Virus record (IMG/VR): IMGVR_UViG_3300020109_000014
Length of the DNA: 64,000 nucleotides
DNA from: an uncultured virus (IMG/VR IMGVR_UViG_3300020109_000014)
Taxonomy: Duplodnaviria; Heunggongvirae; Uroviricota; Caudoviricetes
Reading direction: 5' to 3' (one strand)
Shown here: piece by piece, positions 1 to 10,700 of the stretch
How the letters are laid out: each line of letters opens with the position of its first letter
Position numbering within the stretch: position 1 is the stretch's first letter
Translations under genes and position numbers: made by a program
Notes under the pieces: generated by a model
The model's input: the letters and a program-made list of their open reading frames with translations, nothing else
What the model was told of the DNA's origin: nothing
Database searches by the model: none

Positions 1-436
1 CCATAGAACCCTTGTTCCAAACGATCACACCTTGCTGTAACCATTTAGGAAGATTCTCGTATGCTGTCTGTAATCTTCCTAATAGGTCACGAGCAGTGGA
101 TGCTTTGTTGGCAAGAATACCAATGTTGGAACTATCATTAAACAAAGCATAGTGAAGTAGATAAGAAACCACAACAGTAGATTTGCCTGTCTGACGTGGC
201 AACTTAGCAATATTGAATCTATTGTTATGAAATTTATCAACTAATTCTTTTTGGAATTCATACATCCTAAAAGGAATAAGACCTTCATCAACAGAAACAA
301 TTTTGACATAATTTAAAGCAAAGTAAACGGGGTCTTCTTTACATTTAATATATTCTTCAATTTGTTCCCTAGTAAAATCAATAGGAACATTTGCTTTTTT
401 TAATAAAGGATTACCAAGATATACACCATCAGCCAT
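1..436 (-). CDS. gp17: Terminase large subunit gp17, 5' part (runs off the window start)
   Basis: Not in the ORF track. Manual translation from ATG at 436 gives MADGVYLGNPLLKKANVPIDF...RFNIAKLPRQTGKSTVVVSYLLHYALFN..., with the T4 gp17 Walker A (PRQxGKS). It lies downstream of gp16. Confidence 0.95.
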   Translation of the reverse strand, partial: MADGVYLGNPLLKKANVPIDFTREQIEEYIKCKEDPVYFALNYVKIVSVDEGLIPFRMYEFQKELVDKFHNNRFNIAKLPRQTGKSTVVVSYLLHYALFNDSSNIGILANKASTARDLLGRLQTAYENLPKWLQQGVIVWNKGSM

Positions 437-659
437 AATTTTGTTTATAAACGGACATTAAATTTAAATCTTCCATTCTCTTCTTCCACCCATCACCTTC
501 TGTAGTTCCTTTACATGGATTGATGCAAGTATTATCACCGAATTTATCACAAACCAAAGAAGCTAATGTTGTATCATCTCCTTTTTTGTTAGTTCCACTC
601 CAGTAATGCTGCCCATTAATCCAGTTCGCCCCGCATTTAGGACAGGTTTTAATATTCAT
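429..659 (-). CDS. Hypothetical Cys-rich cyanophage protein (CxxC), about 76 aa
   Basis: ORF track 429..719. The more plausible start is MNIKTCPKCG at 659. The stop overlaps the gp17 start. Confidence 0.6.
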   Translation of the reverse strand: MNIKTCPKCGANWINGQHYWSGTNKKGDDTTLASLVCDKFGDNTCINPCKGTTEGDGWKKRMEDLNLMSVYKQNYG

Positions 660-756
660 AAGACTTACAATAAGACGGCAATTTATTATATAGTATACTT
701 TAGTATCGTGAAGTAGCAATTAAGACATGTTATGTTAGCAATCCCAAGCACGAAGT

Positions 757-1014
757 TTATATTAGTATTGGATTGTTAGTTGTATCATAACGTTGATAGG
801 CAGCAGGAGTTCTGGTAGTATTATCAGAATTTCTTGCTTGATATGTTCCAGGAGTTCTTACAGTATTGTCTGAATTCCTTGGCACATAATCACCATTCCA
901 TACATCATATGTCATAGTTGACCAACCTTCAGTTCCAGAATAAAGAGTAACTGAATATGATTCTGGTTGAGCATCAACTGGATTGTTATCCTTATCGTAT
1001 CTAATGTAAGACAT
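757..1014 (-). CDS. Hypothetical late protein with internal repeats
   Basis: 85-aa ORF with RNSDNTxRTP twice. Late promoter ATAAATA lies just upstream. Confidence 0.7.
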   Translation of the reverse strand: MSYIRYDKDNNPVDAQPESYSVTLYSGTEGWSTMTYDVWNGDYVPRNSDNTVRTPGTYQARNSDNTTRTPAAYQRYDTTNNPILI

Positions 1015-1024
1015 TTTTTATTAT

Positions 1025-1031
1025 TATTTAT
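1025..1031 (-). promoter_or_regulatory. T4-like late promoter (ATAAATA)
   Basis: tatttat on the + strand, 10 nt upstream of the ATG at 1014. Confidence 0.55.
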
Positions 1032-1444
1032 TCTTCTGAAATTTTCTTGCCCATTTCTTTGAGCATCTTCTGTAGATCAGCTGTAGAACCAAGAAACATA
1101 GTATTGTTTACAGTTGTTGGAGCAGAACCTTTTATTGGAGCATCTAGATCTTTCATCTTCTTCTGTAAATCTATAAGCTTATCGGTCATGTCTGAGACCT
1201 GCTTCATAGCGTTTACAGCGACTTCATACGCTCTAGGGTGTCCAGACTCCTGAGCAACCTCTAAGGCGCCTTGTACCGCCTCCTGACCTTTCTCTATGAG
1301 ATCGTATAACTGACCCCTGGTATATTCATAATCTTTTTCTGGGTCTTCTTGCTTCTTAGGAGCAACTGGTGTTATTTCAATATTCTCTGGTTTTACAACA
1401 TCAATGTCAAATATTTGTTCCATATTTTTTTCAAACTCATTCAT
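1028..1444 (-). CDS. gp16: Terminase small subunit gp16
   Basis: DYEYTRGQLYDLIEKGQEA...HPRAYEV...GSTADLQK motifs; located between gp15 and gp17. Confidence 0.92.
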   Translation of the reverse strand: MNEFEKNMEQIFDIDVVKPENIEITPVAPKKQEDPEKDYEYTRGQLYDLIEKGQEAVQGALEVAQESGHPRAYEVAVNAMKQVSDMTDKLIDLQKKMKDLDAPIKGSAPTTVNNTMFLGSTADLQKMLKEMGKKISEE

Positions 1445-1448
1445 AAGA

Positions 1449-2258
1449 TCAATACAATTCTATGCCCTCGTTAAATCCAAAGTCATCGTCAGCAACAACT
1501 AACAAATCATCAGCTTGATCAATATCTCCATCTGCATCTTTATCTTGGAGAGCTTTTGGTGTATATGTAAATTTAGCATTTCTCTTATGTTCATTCAGAT
1601 CTCCGAGTGTCTCGTAAATTATTGCTTTACGAATGATATCAGCCTGGTTAAATGGACCGTAGATATATGATTTTGCTGTAAAATTTAAAGTCCAAACAAT
1701 TGTTCTTCTTGATAGAAAATCTCCATCCCAATCATCCTCATAATTAATATTATTTAAACAAATTTGAATATCTTTTTTCTCATTCATGTCTGGGATCATG
1801 TTAAGAGTGATATTAAAATTTGGTTGAAAAAATGGTAATATTTGCTCTAAAATTTGTAGACCATCATCTTGGTTCTTAGCAATAATACCAAGTTCAAATT
1901 CTAAATTATAAGGTACGGGAACATATTGAACCTTTACTTCATTTCCGTTGTCATCTATAATATTTCTATACTTTTGAATCGGACTAGTTTTTCTAGACCC
2001 ATCATAAGATACGTTAGACAATTCAAAATAAATTCTAGGTAATACGATAGCAACTCTTCTTTTTGAAGTAGTATCTAAATTCTGTTCAATCCTAGTTAGA
2101 AATTTTTGTTTAGGACCATAAGCAATAGGAACCTTTTCAACTTCTAGAACATCTCCTGTTTGTGGATCTATCTTTCTAATTTCAATATTATTGAATAGAG
2201 TTCCAAAACCAACTACAGTTTTTTTAATTGCTTCGTTATAAAAATGTCGTCCTAACAT
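1449..2258 (-). CDS. gp15: Tail sheath stabiliser / tail terminator gp15
   Basis: MLGRHFYNEAIKKTVVGFGTLFNNI, KVPIAYGPKQKF and QILEQILPFFQP motifs; synteny. Confidence 0.93.
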   Translation of the reverse strand: MLGRHFYNEAIKKTVVGFGTLFNNIEIRKIDPQTGDVLEVEKVPIAYGPKQKFLTRIEQNLDTTSKRRVAIVLPRIYFELSNVSYDGSRKTSPIQKYRNIIDDNGNEVKVQYVPVPYNLEFELGIIAKNQDDGLQILEQILPFFQPNFNITLNMIPDMNEKKDIQICLNNINYEDDWDGDFLSRRTIVWTLNFTAKSYIYGPFNQADIIRKAIIYETLGDLNEHKRNAKFTYTPKALQDKDADGDIDQADDLLVVADDDFGFNEGIELY

Positions 2259-3142
2259 CAGATACTACCTGTAAAATTACCATATTCACCAAAAGGATTT
2301 CTTTCTGCCCAGTCAACTATATCGTCACCAGCATCTTCAAAATCTCTATTCTTATCATAATTGCTATTAGTATTATTTAGAGTATCAAATGATCCTACCT
2401 CCCACACAGCTCCGCTATCATCCCCAGTAATGGTGTCTTCGTCAGCAAAATTTCCAGTACGATTAACTAATTGTAATACTCTGGTTGTTGAATCCCATGA
2501 TTTAACTTTTGCCATAATATTACCAGGGGTGCTAGTTACTAATTCTCCTGGTGTGAAATTTCCAATACCACCAGAACTCATAATTAAACCAATAGCAGAA
2601 CTAAACAACTGCTCTATTTCATCAATTTCATCAACACCAGTATCAATATTATCACTGCCAATTTCGTAAATTTCTGCTACAATAGTGTAGAAATAAATTT
2701 TTCCCAACTGGAAAAAAGGACTAATTCTTTGTACAAATTTTATTTCATATAAAGCTTTAGTCAATGGGACGTAAAGCAAATCACCTTCATTGGGTCTTTC
2801 TGGAATTGTTAATGTATGATTATTAGAAGCTTGTTGCCATCTTCTTTGAGACACAGTAAATCTAATTTCATCAGTAATTCTTAATCCAAATTTACTAATG
2901 AATTCTGATTGATTTCCAAATCCCTCTACATTTTGTAGAAGCATTTCAATTTGAAATTGATCTTCATATTTTGAATAGATAACATCATCATCCCCCAAAG
3001 GACCTTCCTTTAAAATAGTCCTGGGTAGATAGTAGATATCAGAACCAAACAATTTAATCTGTTCGTCTGCTAAATCTTGTAATAGATTTTGTTCCCCTTG
3101 GTATCCATCATAATACGTGGGAAAATAAGGACTGGTAGGCAT
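2258..3142 (-). CDS. gp14: Neck protein gp14
   Basis: EQIKLFGSDIYYLPR, SKFGLRITDE, RPNEGDLLY and PFFQLGK motifs; synteny. Confidence 0.93.
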   Translation of the reverse strand: MPTSPYFPTYYDGYQGEQNLLQDLADEQIKLFGSDIYYLPRTILKEGPLGDDDVIYSKYEDQFQIEMLLQNVEGFGNQSEFISKFGLRITDEIRFTVSQRRWQQASNNHTLTIPERPNEGDLLYVPLTKALYEIKFVQRISPFFQLGKIYFYTIVAEIYEIGSDNIDTGVDEIDEIEQLFSSAIGLIMSSGGIGNFTPGELVTSTPGNIMAKVKSWDSTTRVLQLVNRTGNFADEDTITGDDSGAVWEVGSFDTLNNTNSNYDKNRDFEDAGDDIVDWAERNPFGEYGNFTGSI

Positions 3143-3143
3143 A

Positions 3144-3974
3144 TTATCCGATCATATCGATTGGTGGGAGTGTATACTTAGTAGGCATATCATCTTCTAA
3201 TTGTTGTATCTCAGCAATAGCATCTTCATACAACTGTCTTCCATTTAAATTTACTCCACCAGGAAGAGTTATGTTATTGTACTTAATTAAATTCTGTCCC
3301 CATTGCTTCTTCATTAAAGCAGTAGCATATCTTTTGAGGAAGCTATCGTTATATACTTGAGACCAGTTTTCTGGATCTAAAGCACGATGGCATTCGATTA
3401 ATAGATAATTGCCTGGTATCAATCTTGATTTATCAATATCAATATATAAACGATCTTGACGTTTGTTAAATCTAAATTGTACTACAGCACCAGTATTAAC
3501 AACCATGTCAAGCGTTTCAAAATACTGACGAATCATATAATAATTTGGCATGTCAAAATTACCAAAAGCAAACCCAGATGAGAATGAAAAAATATCCATC
3601 AAGAAATACTGGTTGCTTAAACCAAACAAATCATTACGAACCCAATTAGAAGAAACGCCAAATACTTTGGTGATACCAATAACATGATCTGGAACTTCTA
3701 TAAAATTATTTCTATTTTCCCACGTAGCAGAATAAGGATCTAAGGTAGTTTCTGATTCGTCTGAACTGTCAAATCTATTATAATCGTCTTCGGTAATTTC
3801 ATGCTTTAAGTACATTGTTTCCACGCCATCATAGTGCCACTCTTGATAAAACTGAATAGCTGTATCAATAATATCATCAACTTGATCATTATCTATGTTA
3901 ATCTGTAACACAGGATAACCAAGTTGACGTTTACAGTAATCAATTAACCCCTGGCGAGTAGATGGTCTTGCCAT
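3144..3974 (-). CDS. gp13: Neck protein gp13
   Basis: MARPSTRQGLIDYCKRQLGYPVLQIN and KKQWGQNLIKY..LPGGVNLNG motifs. Confidence 0.94.
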   Translation of the reverse strand: MARPSTRQGLIDYCKRQLGYPVLQINIDNDQVDDIIDTAIQFYQEWHYDGVETMYLKHEITEDDYNRFDSSDESETTLDPYSATWENRNNFIEVPDHVIGITKVFGVSSNWVRNDLFGLSNQYFLMDIFSFSSGFAFGNFDMPNYYMIRQYFETLDMVVNTGAVVQFRFNKRQDRLYIDIDKSRLIPGNYLLIECHRALDPENWSQVYNDSFLKRYATALMKKQWGQNLIKYNNITLPGGVNLNGRQLYEDAIAEIQQLEDDMPTKYTLPPIDMIG

Positions 3975-3995
3975 GTATTTAAATACTCTTTTTTA

Positions 3996-4003
3996 TATTT
4001 ATA
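3996..4003 (-). promoter_or_regulatory. T4-like late promoter TATAAATA upstream of gp13
   Basis: Exact T4 late consensus on the minus strand, 21 nt upstream of the ATG. Confidence 0.75.
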
Positions 4004-4442
4004 CCCTATCAAAAATGAAGGGTCCGCCAGTAGACTTGCCAAAAACTAATCTACCGTCAGCATCATAACCAGTATCTTTTGCTATGTACTGAGAATCATT
4101 AAATTTAACCTCACTGTTAATTCTAATTCCTTTTACGATACATTCCCCACAAGGCATGGCAATCCAAAATCCGTTCACATAATTAAATTGATAATTACAA
4201 TTCAATTCCCAATCCATATTATATGATTGAAATATTACTTCTTTTTCTGTAATATATTCATACTTATGATACTCTTGTCTATAAGGTCTACCCCTAGGAT
4301 ATTGATACTCATACCAATTTTGAGACATCAATTTATTATCGCCCAAATCTTTATACACAATACGGATCATTGCGAATTGTGATGGATAAGAAAACGCTTG
4401 TTTTTTATTTAAATATTGCCCTATAATAGATTCAAATTTCAT
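3999..4442 (-). CDS. cpeT: CpeT/CpcT-like T-type phycobiliprotein (bilin) lyase, phage-encoded
   Basis: GQYLNKKQAFSYPSQFAMIRI, WYEY..RPYRQ and DTGYDADGRLVFG..GPFIF match the T-lyase pattern (N..QA...P..F..I; PYRQ; D.G.D..G..V.G...GPF.F). It has the compact size and position next to gp13 typical of cyanomyovirus cpeT. RBS GAGGTG. Confidence 0.85.
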   Translation of the reverse strand: MKFESIIGQYLNKKQAFSYPSQFAMIRIVYKDLGDNKLMSQNWYEYQYPRGRPYRQEYHKYEYITEKEVIFQSYNMDWELNCNYQFNYVNGFWIAMPCGECIVKGIRINSEVKFNDSQYIAKDTGYDADGRLVFGKSTGGPFIFDRV

Positions 4443-4454
4443 ATCACCTCACAA

Positions 4455-4476
4455 TAAAAAACCCCCCGAAGGGGGT
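4455..4476 (-). terminator. Rho-independent terminator with a UUCG tetraloop
   Basis: Minus strand ACCCCC-TTCG-GGGGGT followed by a T run. Confidence 0.8.
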
Positions 4477-4483
4477 GGTTTAA

Positions 4484-4696
4484 TCATTCTACAACTTCAG
4501 TTTCGGAAACGGGAGTTTCTTCTGCTGAAACTTCTTCCTTAGGATCTAAAATTTGGAGAGTTTCTAGACCCCCTTGTAGTTTGGTTCTATACTCTCTTGC
4601 TTTTGATAGATCTTCTTCAAGTTTGGTAATTTGCTCATTAATATTTTTGAGTTGATTCTCAAAATTTTCTCTAAGAGCGGTAGTGTCAGTAGACAT
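4484..4696 (-). CDS. Small coiled-coil protein, about 70 aa (conserved cyanophage hypothetical)
   Basis: ORF track 4484..4741. The likely start is MSTDTT at 4696 (AGAGGA upstream). Heptad pattern. Confidence 0.75.
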   Translation of the reverse strand: MSTDTTALRENFENQLKNINEQITKLEEDLSKAREYRTKLQGGLETLQILDPKEEVSAEETPVSETEVVE

Positions 4697-4744
4697 AATA
4701 AGTTCCTCTTTAATAATACTGTACGAAGGATATTGTAACATAAT

Positions 4745-4752
4745 TATTTATG
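4745..4752 (-). promoter_or_regulatory. Late promoter CATAAATA
   Basis: Overlaps the stop codon of the giant fibre gene. Confidence 0.55.
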
Positions 4753-7700
4753 GTTTGTCTTTGAGAGATTTAATTTCCTCTTGTAGCATATTTATTTGAA
4801 TTTGTTGTTCTTTGATTGCCTCAATGAGGACTGATACCATATTAGCATAAGCAACAGTCTTCATGCCATCTTCATTTTCAAATATAACTTCTGGAATAAC
4901 TTCCTCAACCTCTTGAGCAATTAAACCAATCTGGTGAGTATCAATATCAATTCGATCAAATTCTACACCTCTAAGATTTAGAACTTTATCTAAAGCATTT
5001 TCAATTGTTTTGATATTTTTCTTAAGTCTGATATCAGAACTTGCTGTTACTGTACCAGTTACAGTAACATTACCTGCGGAATTGATTTCTAACCTATTTG
5101 AAGTAGAACCACCGCCATACAATCTAGTAAGACCACTATTAGTATTACCATAACCAATATACATACCGTCATTGGCGCTGGTGCTATTGTTGTTTCTAAT
5201 AATACGAGCATTTAAAACAGTGTCAGTATTATTAGGCATACCAGCAGTGGTATTGACTGCTGTGGTAGCATTACCTACGGTTAATGTTGATGGGTTAACC
5301 CACGTTGGGGCACTAGCGCCAGTGTTAACAACTAATACCTGACCAGCAGATCCAATGTTTAATTTAACAGTTGTTGAGGCAGCAGATTGATATAAGAGAT
5401 CGCCAGCAACACCAGCAGTAATATTTGCAGCAGAGGCAACAGAAAGACCAGAAATATTAGACCAAGCAGGCGCCGCTGCTCCACCAATCAGAACCTGTGT
5501 ATTCTGTCCTGCCGCTAAGAATGCCGTTGCTCCAGGACCGCTTTGGTAATGTATTTGTCCAGCACCACCACCTGATACGTTAGCAGCAGCTCCAACAGTA
5601 AGAGTTGATTGGGCAACCCAACCAGGAACAGCAAGGCTTCCACCAGACCTTAATATTTGACCAGCCTCGCCTGTTGGTAATTTAGATGTAGTATTAACGG
5701 CAGACTGATACAAAATTTTATTGGTATCGGCGGCGATGCTGGTAATGTTGCCAGCAACAATTGAAGATTGATTAATATAAACTGGTAATTTGGAGGAACT
5801 TAGAGCAAGAACTTGTCCAGCAGATGCTGCTGCCACAGGAAGTTTTGCTGTTGCTCCAGTACCAGATTGATATAGAATTTCTCCAGCAGCACCACCACTA
5901 ATATTACCAGCAGTAATTGTATTTGGATTAATCCAAGCAGGTGGGTTATTTGCTCCTTGAGTTGATAAAATAAATCCAGAATTTGATACTGGCAATTTAG
6001 CTGTTGCTCCAGCAGCAGATTGATATAGAACTTCACCAATAGCTCCACCATCCACATTACCAGCAGTGATTGTATTTTGTGCTACCCAAGAAGGAGCCGT
6101 AGCACCAGCATTTACTACCAATACCTGGCCAGCAGATCCAATATTTAATTTAACAGTTGTTCCAACGTTAGATTGATATAAGAGATCGCCACGTACACCA
6201 GCATGTATGTTACCAGCAGTAATAGAAGATTGGTTGATCCAAAGAGGAGCTGCTCCAGTTCCTTGTGAACTTAATACTTGACCAGCTGTTCCTTGTGAGA
6301 ACTTGGACGTAACATTTACGGCAGATTGATATAGTAAAGATCCAGTATCACCATCAACGCTAGCAATATTACCAGCAGTAATATTGCTTTGTGCTGTCCA
6401 AGAAGGAGCCGTAGCATTGGTATTTACTACCAATACCTGACCAGCAGATCCAATGGTTAACTTAGAAGTTGTTGAGGCAGCAGATTGATATAAGAGATCG
6501 CCAGCAACACCAGCATGTATGTTGCCAGCAGTGATTGTATTTTGTGCCACCCATGAAGGATTTTGATTAGTTCCATTAGTCTGGAGTAAAGATCCAGCAG
6601 CACCTACAGGTAATTTTGCTGTTGCTCCAACGCCAGATTGATATAATACTTGCCCTCGAACTCCACCATTAATATTACCAGCAGTAATGTTAATTTGTGC
6701 TGTCCAAATAGGAGCCGAAGACCCACCTACTACCAATACCTGACCAGAAGTACCAATTCCTAAAACTGTTGTTGTATTTGTTCCTGATTGATAAAGTAGA
6801 GATCCAGCAGCACCACCAGCAGAAACGTTAGTAGCACTTGTAGCATTTCCACTTAAAGCTCCATTGAATGTTTTAGCTGTTAATCTTCCTACAGATGGAT
6901 TAAAGAATAATCCAAGTGAAGAGTCTGAGCTATATTTAATATCTGCTGGGGTTTCTGTAGATGAGAAGAATCCAACCACCAAATTAGTTGATGTAGCAGC
7001 ATCTGATGTAACAGCAATTTTAGTTGCTGATCCAATATTAATCGCTGATGGTGAGGTCCATTTAGGAGCAGTGGCGTCAGAATTTACTGTAAGAATTTGG
7101 TTGGTAGTACCAATATTTAATTTTGCTAGTGTTGGGGTTGTTGCTGAAGCATACAACATATCACCAATAGCATAAGCATTGATTCCTGTACCACCTCTAA
7201 CAGCAGCTAAAGTACCAGCATTAGCATTGTTGACGTTTGTATAATAACTACCATCCTGATCATCTAGTAAATCAACATTTAAATTTGTTACTTTAGTCGT
7301 AGAAGTTACAGATAATGGAGAAGTACCTGTAGGCGCTGGAAGAATTAATTGACCAGATTTATCAAATGAGAATGTACGAAGAGTTGATACAGTTTGATCT
7401 GCTGCTTTAGAAGCATCGTCTCCAAATACAAAATCTAGTCTACCACCAGCACCAGCACTTACACCATTGGCATCAGAATGCCTAATTAAGAAACCAAAGT
7501 TTGAAGTTTGATATTTAGTGCCATCATTAATGTATAAACCACCAGCAATATGAGATCCAGAAGTTCTGAGAATTGATTTATCTCTAGAGTTCCAATCTCT
7601 ATCATCTAAGAGATCGGCATCTAAACCAGAACCAGAACCATCATTATTTTCATTCCAAATTCTATAATCATTAGTACCAGAACTGAAGAATATTGAGCTA

Positions 7701-10700
7701 TTATTTTTAGCAAAGAATCTAATTGTTCTGTCGGCATCTACTTGTGCCCATGTTGTTAATGTATCAGCAGCACTTCCATCGCCAATACCAAAGTACAATG
7801 AAGTTCCATTATGACCTATTGCCCAAGATTTACCTACTCCAGCATTACCGCCAATACCAATAACAGAGAATCCTCCACCATCTGCTAAATTACCAGCAAT
7901 AACTTTGTTAGAATAAATATCAGGATCAATAATTGTGTTATCTGCTAATTGAGCAGCGTCATTAATAGTTACGAAACTTGATAATGTTGTAACTCCAGTT
8001 ACGGTTAATGATCCAGCCGTTGCTGTATTCTCATCAGATCTCATTACCTGAGATTTTGTAATACCTTGTAAGAAGTTGGCATTCAGACCTGAAATATCAG
8101 TGTCATTTCCAGAGTGCCAGACAGTATTGCTGTTATAAGTAAATCCATTACCAGTAATATTTAAAGCACCATTACCACTATTAGTAGTACCCCCAGTGAC
8201 TTGGAATCTTACATCATATTCATTGAATGCTCCGCTTGAATGGAAATCAATGATAGCACCACTAGAAGGAGTGTTGTTGGCAACATTGTTACCATCATTT
8301 CTTCCTAAGATTAATCTAGCTCCAGTACCATCATCTTGTAATGTAGAAGAAGTATAGGTGGCAAATGGCGAAAGTCTTAGTGAATTCCATGTTTGTTCAA
8401 AACCAGTAAATCCAATTTTTGTAGCAGAACCAATAGAACCACTATCTAATTGAATTGTAAGAATTACGTAATTAAGTTCTGTTTTAACCTCTTCTACAGG
8501 GAATTTTTGCTCTATCAGCTTTAATGTTGCTTGACCAACTACTTGGAGAATATCATTGTATAATGAGTAAGTGGTGCCAATTACGAAGTTAAGATCTCCG
8601 TTATTTAATCTTCCAGAGAAATAAATTTCATAGTGTGCTTTGTCAATATATCTAACAGTAGTTAATGATTCTAAGAATTTCTTAGAAGACATTATTGGTT
8701 GTAATCTGGAATCATTGATGCTGCCACCATCAAGGTTTAGAGCATTTGTATAGAACTTGGCATCTTTTGCTTGTAGTTTATCAGCATCTAATCCAGATCC
8801 AAATCCATCATTACCAGAAGTCCATACCTTATACCAAGGTGAGAAAGCGTTTGTTGGATCAGTTGGGATAATGTTTCCTGTACCACGAATGTACATATTT
8901 GGAACAACATCATCAAGAGTTGTAGAAGAACTAGCACCACCACCACCTGTACCAACGTTAAGAGTACCATCAGTAAATGCTAACTGTTTTAAACCACCAT
9001 TACTAGCATCTGTACCAATACCAGATGGTCTAATAGTCAGTAATGTTACACGCTCTCCTTCATCTTCTAAGGTTCTATCAACTAGAGAAGATCTAAAATT
9101 AGAAGATATTCTTGCTGCCAAACTTAAACCTGATCCGTAAGCAGAAGGAGCTGGTACAGCGTTGATGGAATCTGTTATAGTTTCTACTCTAGTTGTAGTA
9201 CCAGATTTGCCAGTAATATCAATTGAATATGTACCAGATAATCTATCTGGTCTTAGAGTGCCAGATTCTAAGTTTGAAGCATCAAGATAGAATACACCTT
9301 GCTTACCATCAAGTAAGTCAGAATCTAATCCTGATTCTGGACCAGTTTTTAAAGTAACTGCTCCATCAGGACCATATGTATATTGTGATTTCTGGAATCT
9401 AGCAACACCAACTGTACCAAAAGGATCTAATGATGTTGTTTGATTTGTAACTCTCTTGACATCCATTTCGATGCTAGAGAAGTATGTTTGCTGAGTTGAA
9501 GCAAGAACAGTAAGTTTAGCGCCAGTTCCTAATCCTAAAGCACCTGGAATGGGATCGATATCAAAATCTTCTGTATATCCATTACCACCATCAGTTATAA
9601 GGGCATTAGTAATTAAACCATTTTGAACAGTAAATGTTGCTTTAGCACCAGAACCTGTATTTGAACCGAATAGTTCTACGTTATTGAACGTACCAGTTGA
9701 GAATGGAACTCCAAACTGAACTTCTTTGTTTACTATATTAGCAGTATTATTTGCTGATAAAGTAATTGTTCCCGAAGTTCCACTATCAAGCTGAATGCTG
9801 GTGATAATAGCATTGGTAGCAACTCCCTCAGCAGTTACCTTTTGCCCAATAACAGCTTTGGTAACGTCAACTACGCTAATTGTATTTTCTCCTATATTAC
9901 CATTGGTAATAGTTGAAGTGTAATAGTTACCTGGACTTTCTATAAAGATGCCAGCAGCATATGCTCCTTTGGTAAAGTTAGAATCAAATTGTAATGCAGT
10001 TTCTGTTCTTATAATGGTAAATACTGTACCAACAGGGACATCATTAATTAGCGTAGAACTTAATACAACTCTAGTATTACCACCAACAGTTAATATTTCA
10101 AGAACAATTGTATCTGCTGACACACCATTACCAATAACTCTCTGTCCAGTTTGTATTAAACTCGTTAATGGAATAGTGATGTAGTTTACTGGCGGGATTA
10201 AAGGATCACCACTTCCAGGTGAGAATAGAACAGTTTTTACTAAGAATTTAGATTCTGGTAATTTAACACCTTGTACAACTGGTTTAAATGATTGATCGCC
10301 CCTTAAGAATGTAAACGAGTTTGCTGAACCAGTATTAGGTAATGCTAATCTAGAAGTAGAAATAGTACCAGTAGTAATAGAAGCAGCATCAATAGAAGCT
10401 GATGTCAGTGGAACCCAGTTAAATTCATTTGATCCTGATGTATTAACAACTCTAGATATGTTTACTGTGACAGGAGTAGCATTATGACTATTAATATTGT
10501 CAACATCAGTAAATTTAACAGAATTTTCAATATTAATAGAAACTCTACTTTCAACAAAAGATGTTAATTGAGCTCTTTCCCCGACGTAAACATAGAAACA
10601 TGTACCACCATCTGCTGGTTGAGGAATGCCAGATTGACCAGAGAAAGCAGATGTTCCTGAAGTTCCCTCTGTTGTTACTTTATAAAGATTTGTTCCAACA

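Noticed and set aside
2380..2600. About 75-aa beta-rich insertion in gp14
   Set aside because: Such decorations are common in cyanomyovirus neck and baseplate proteins
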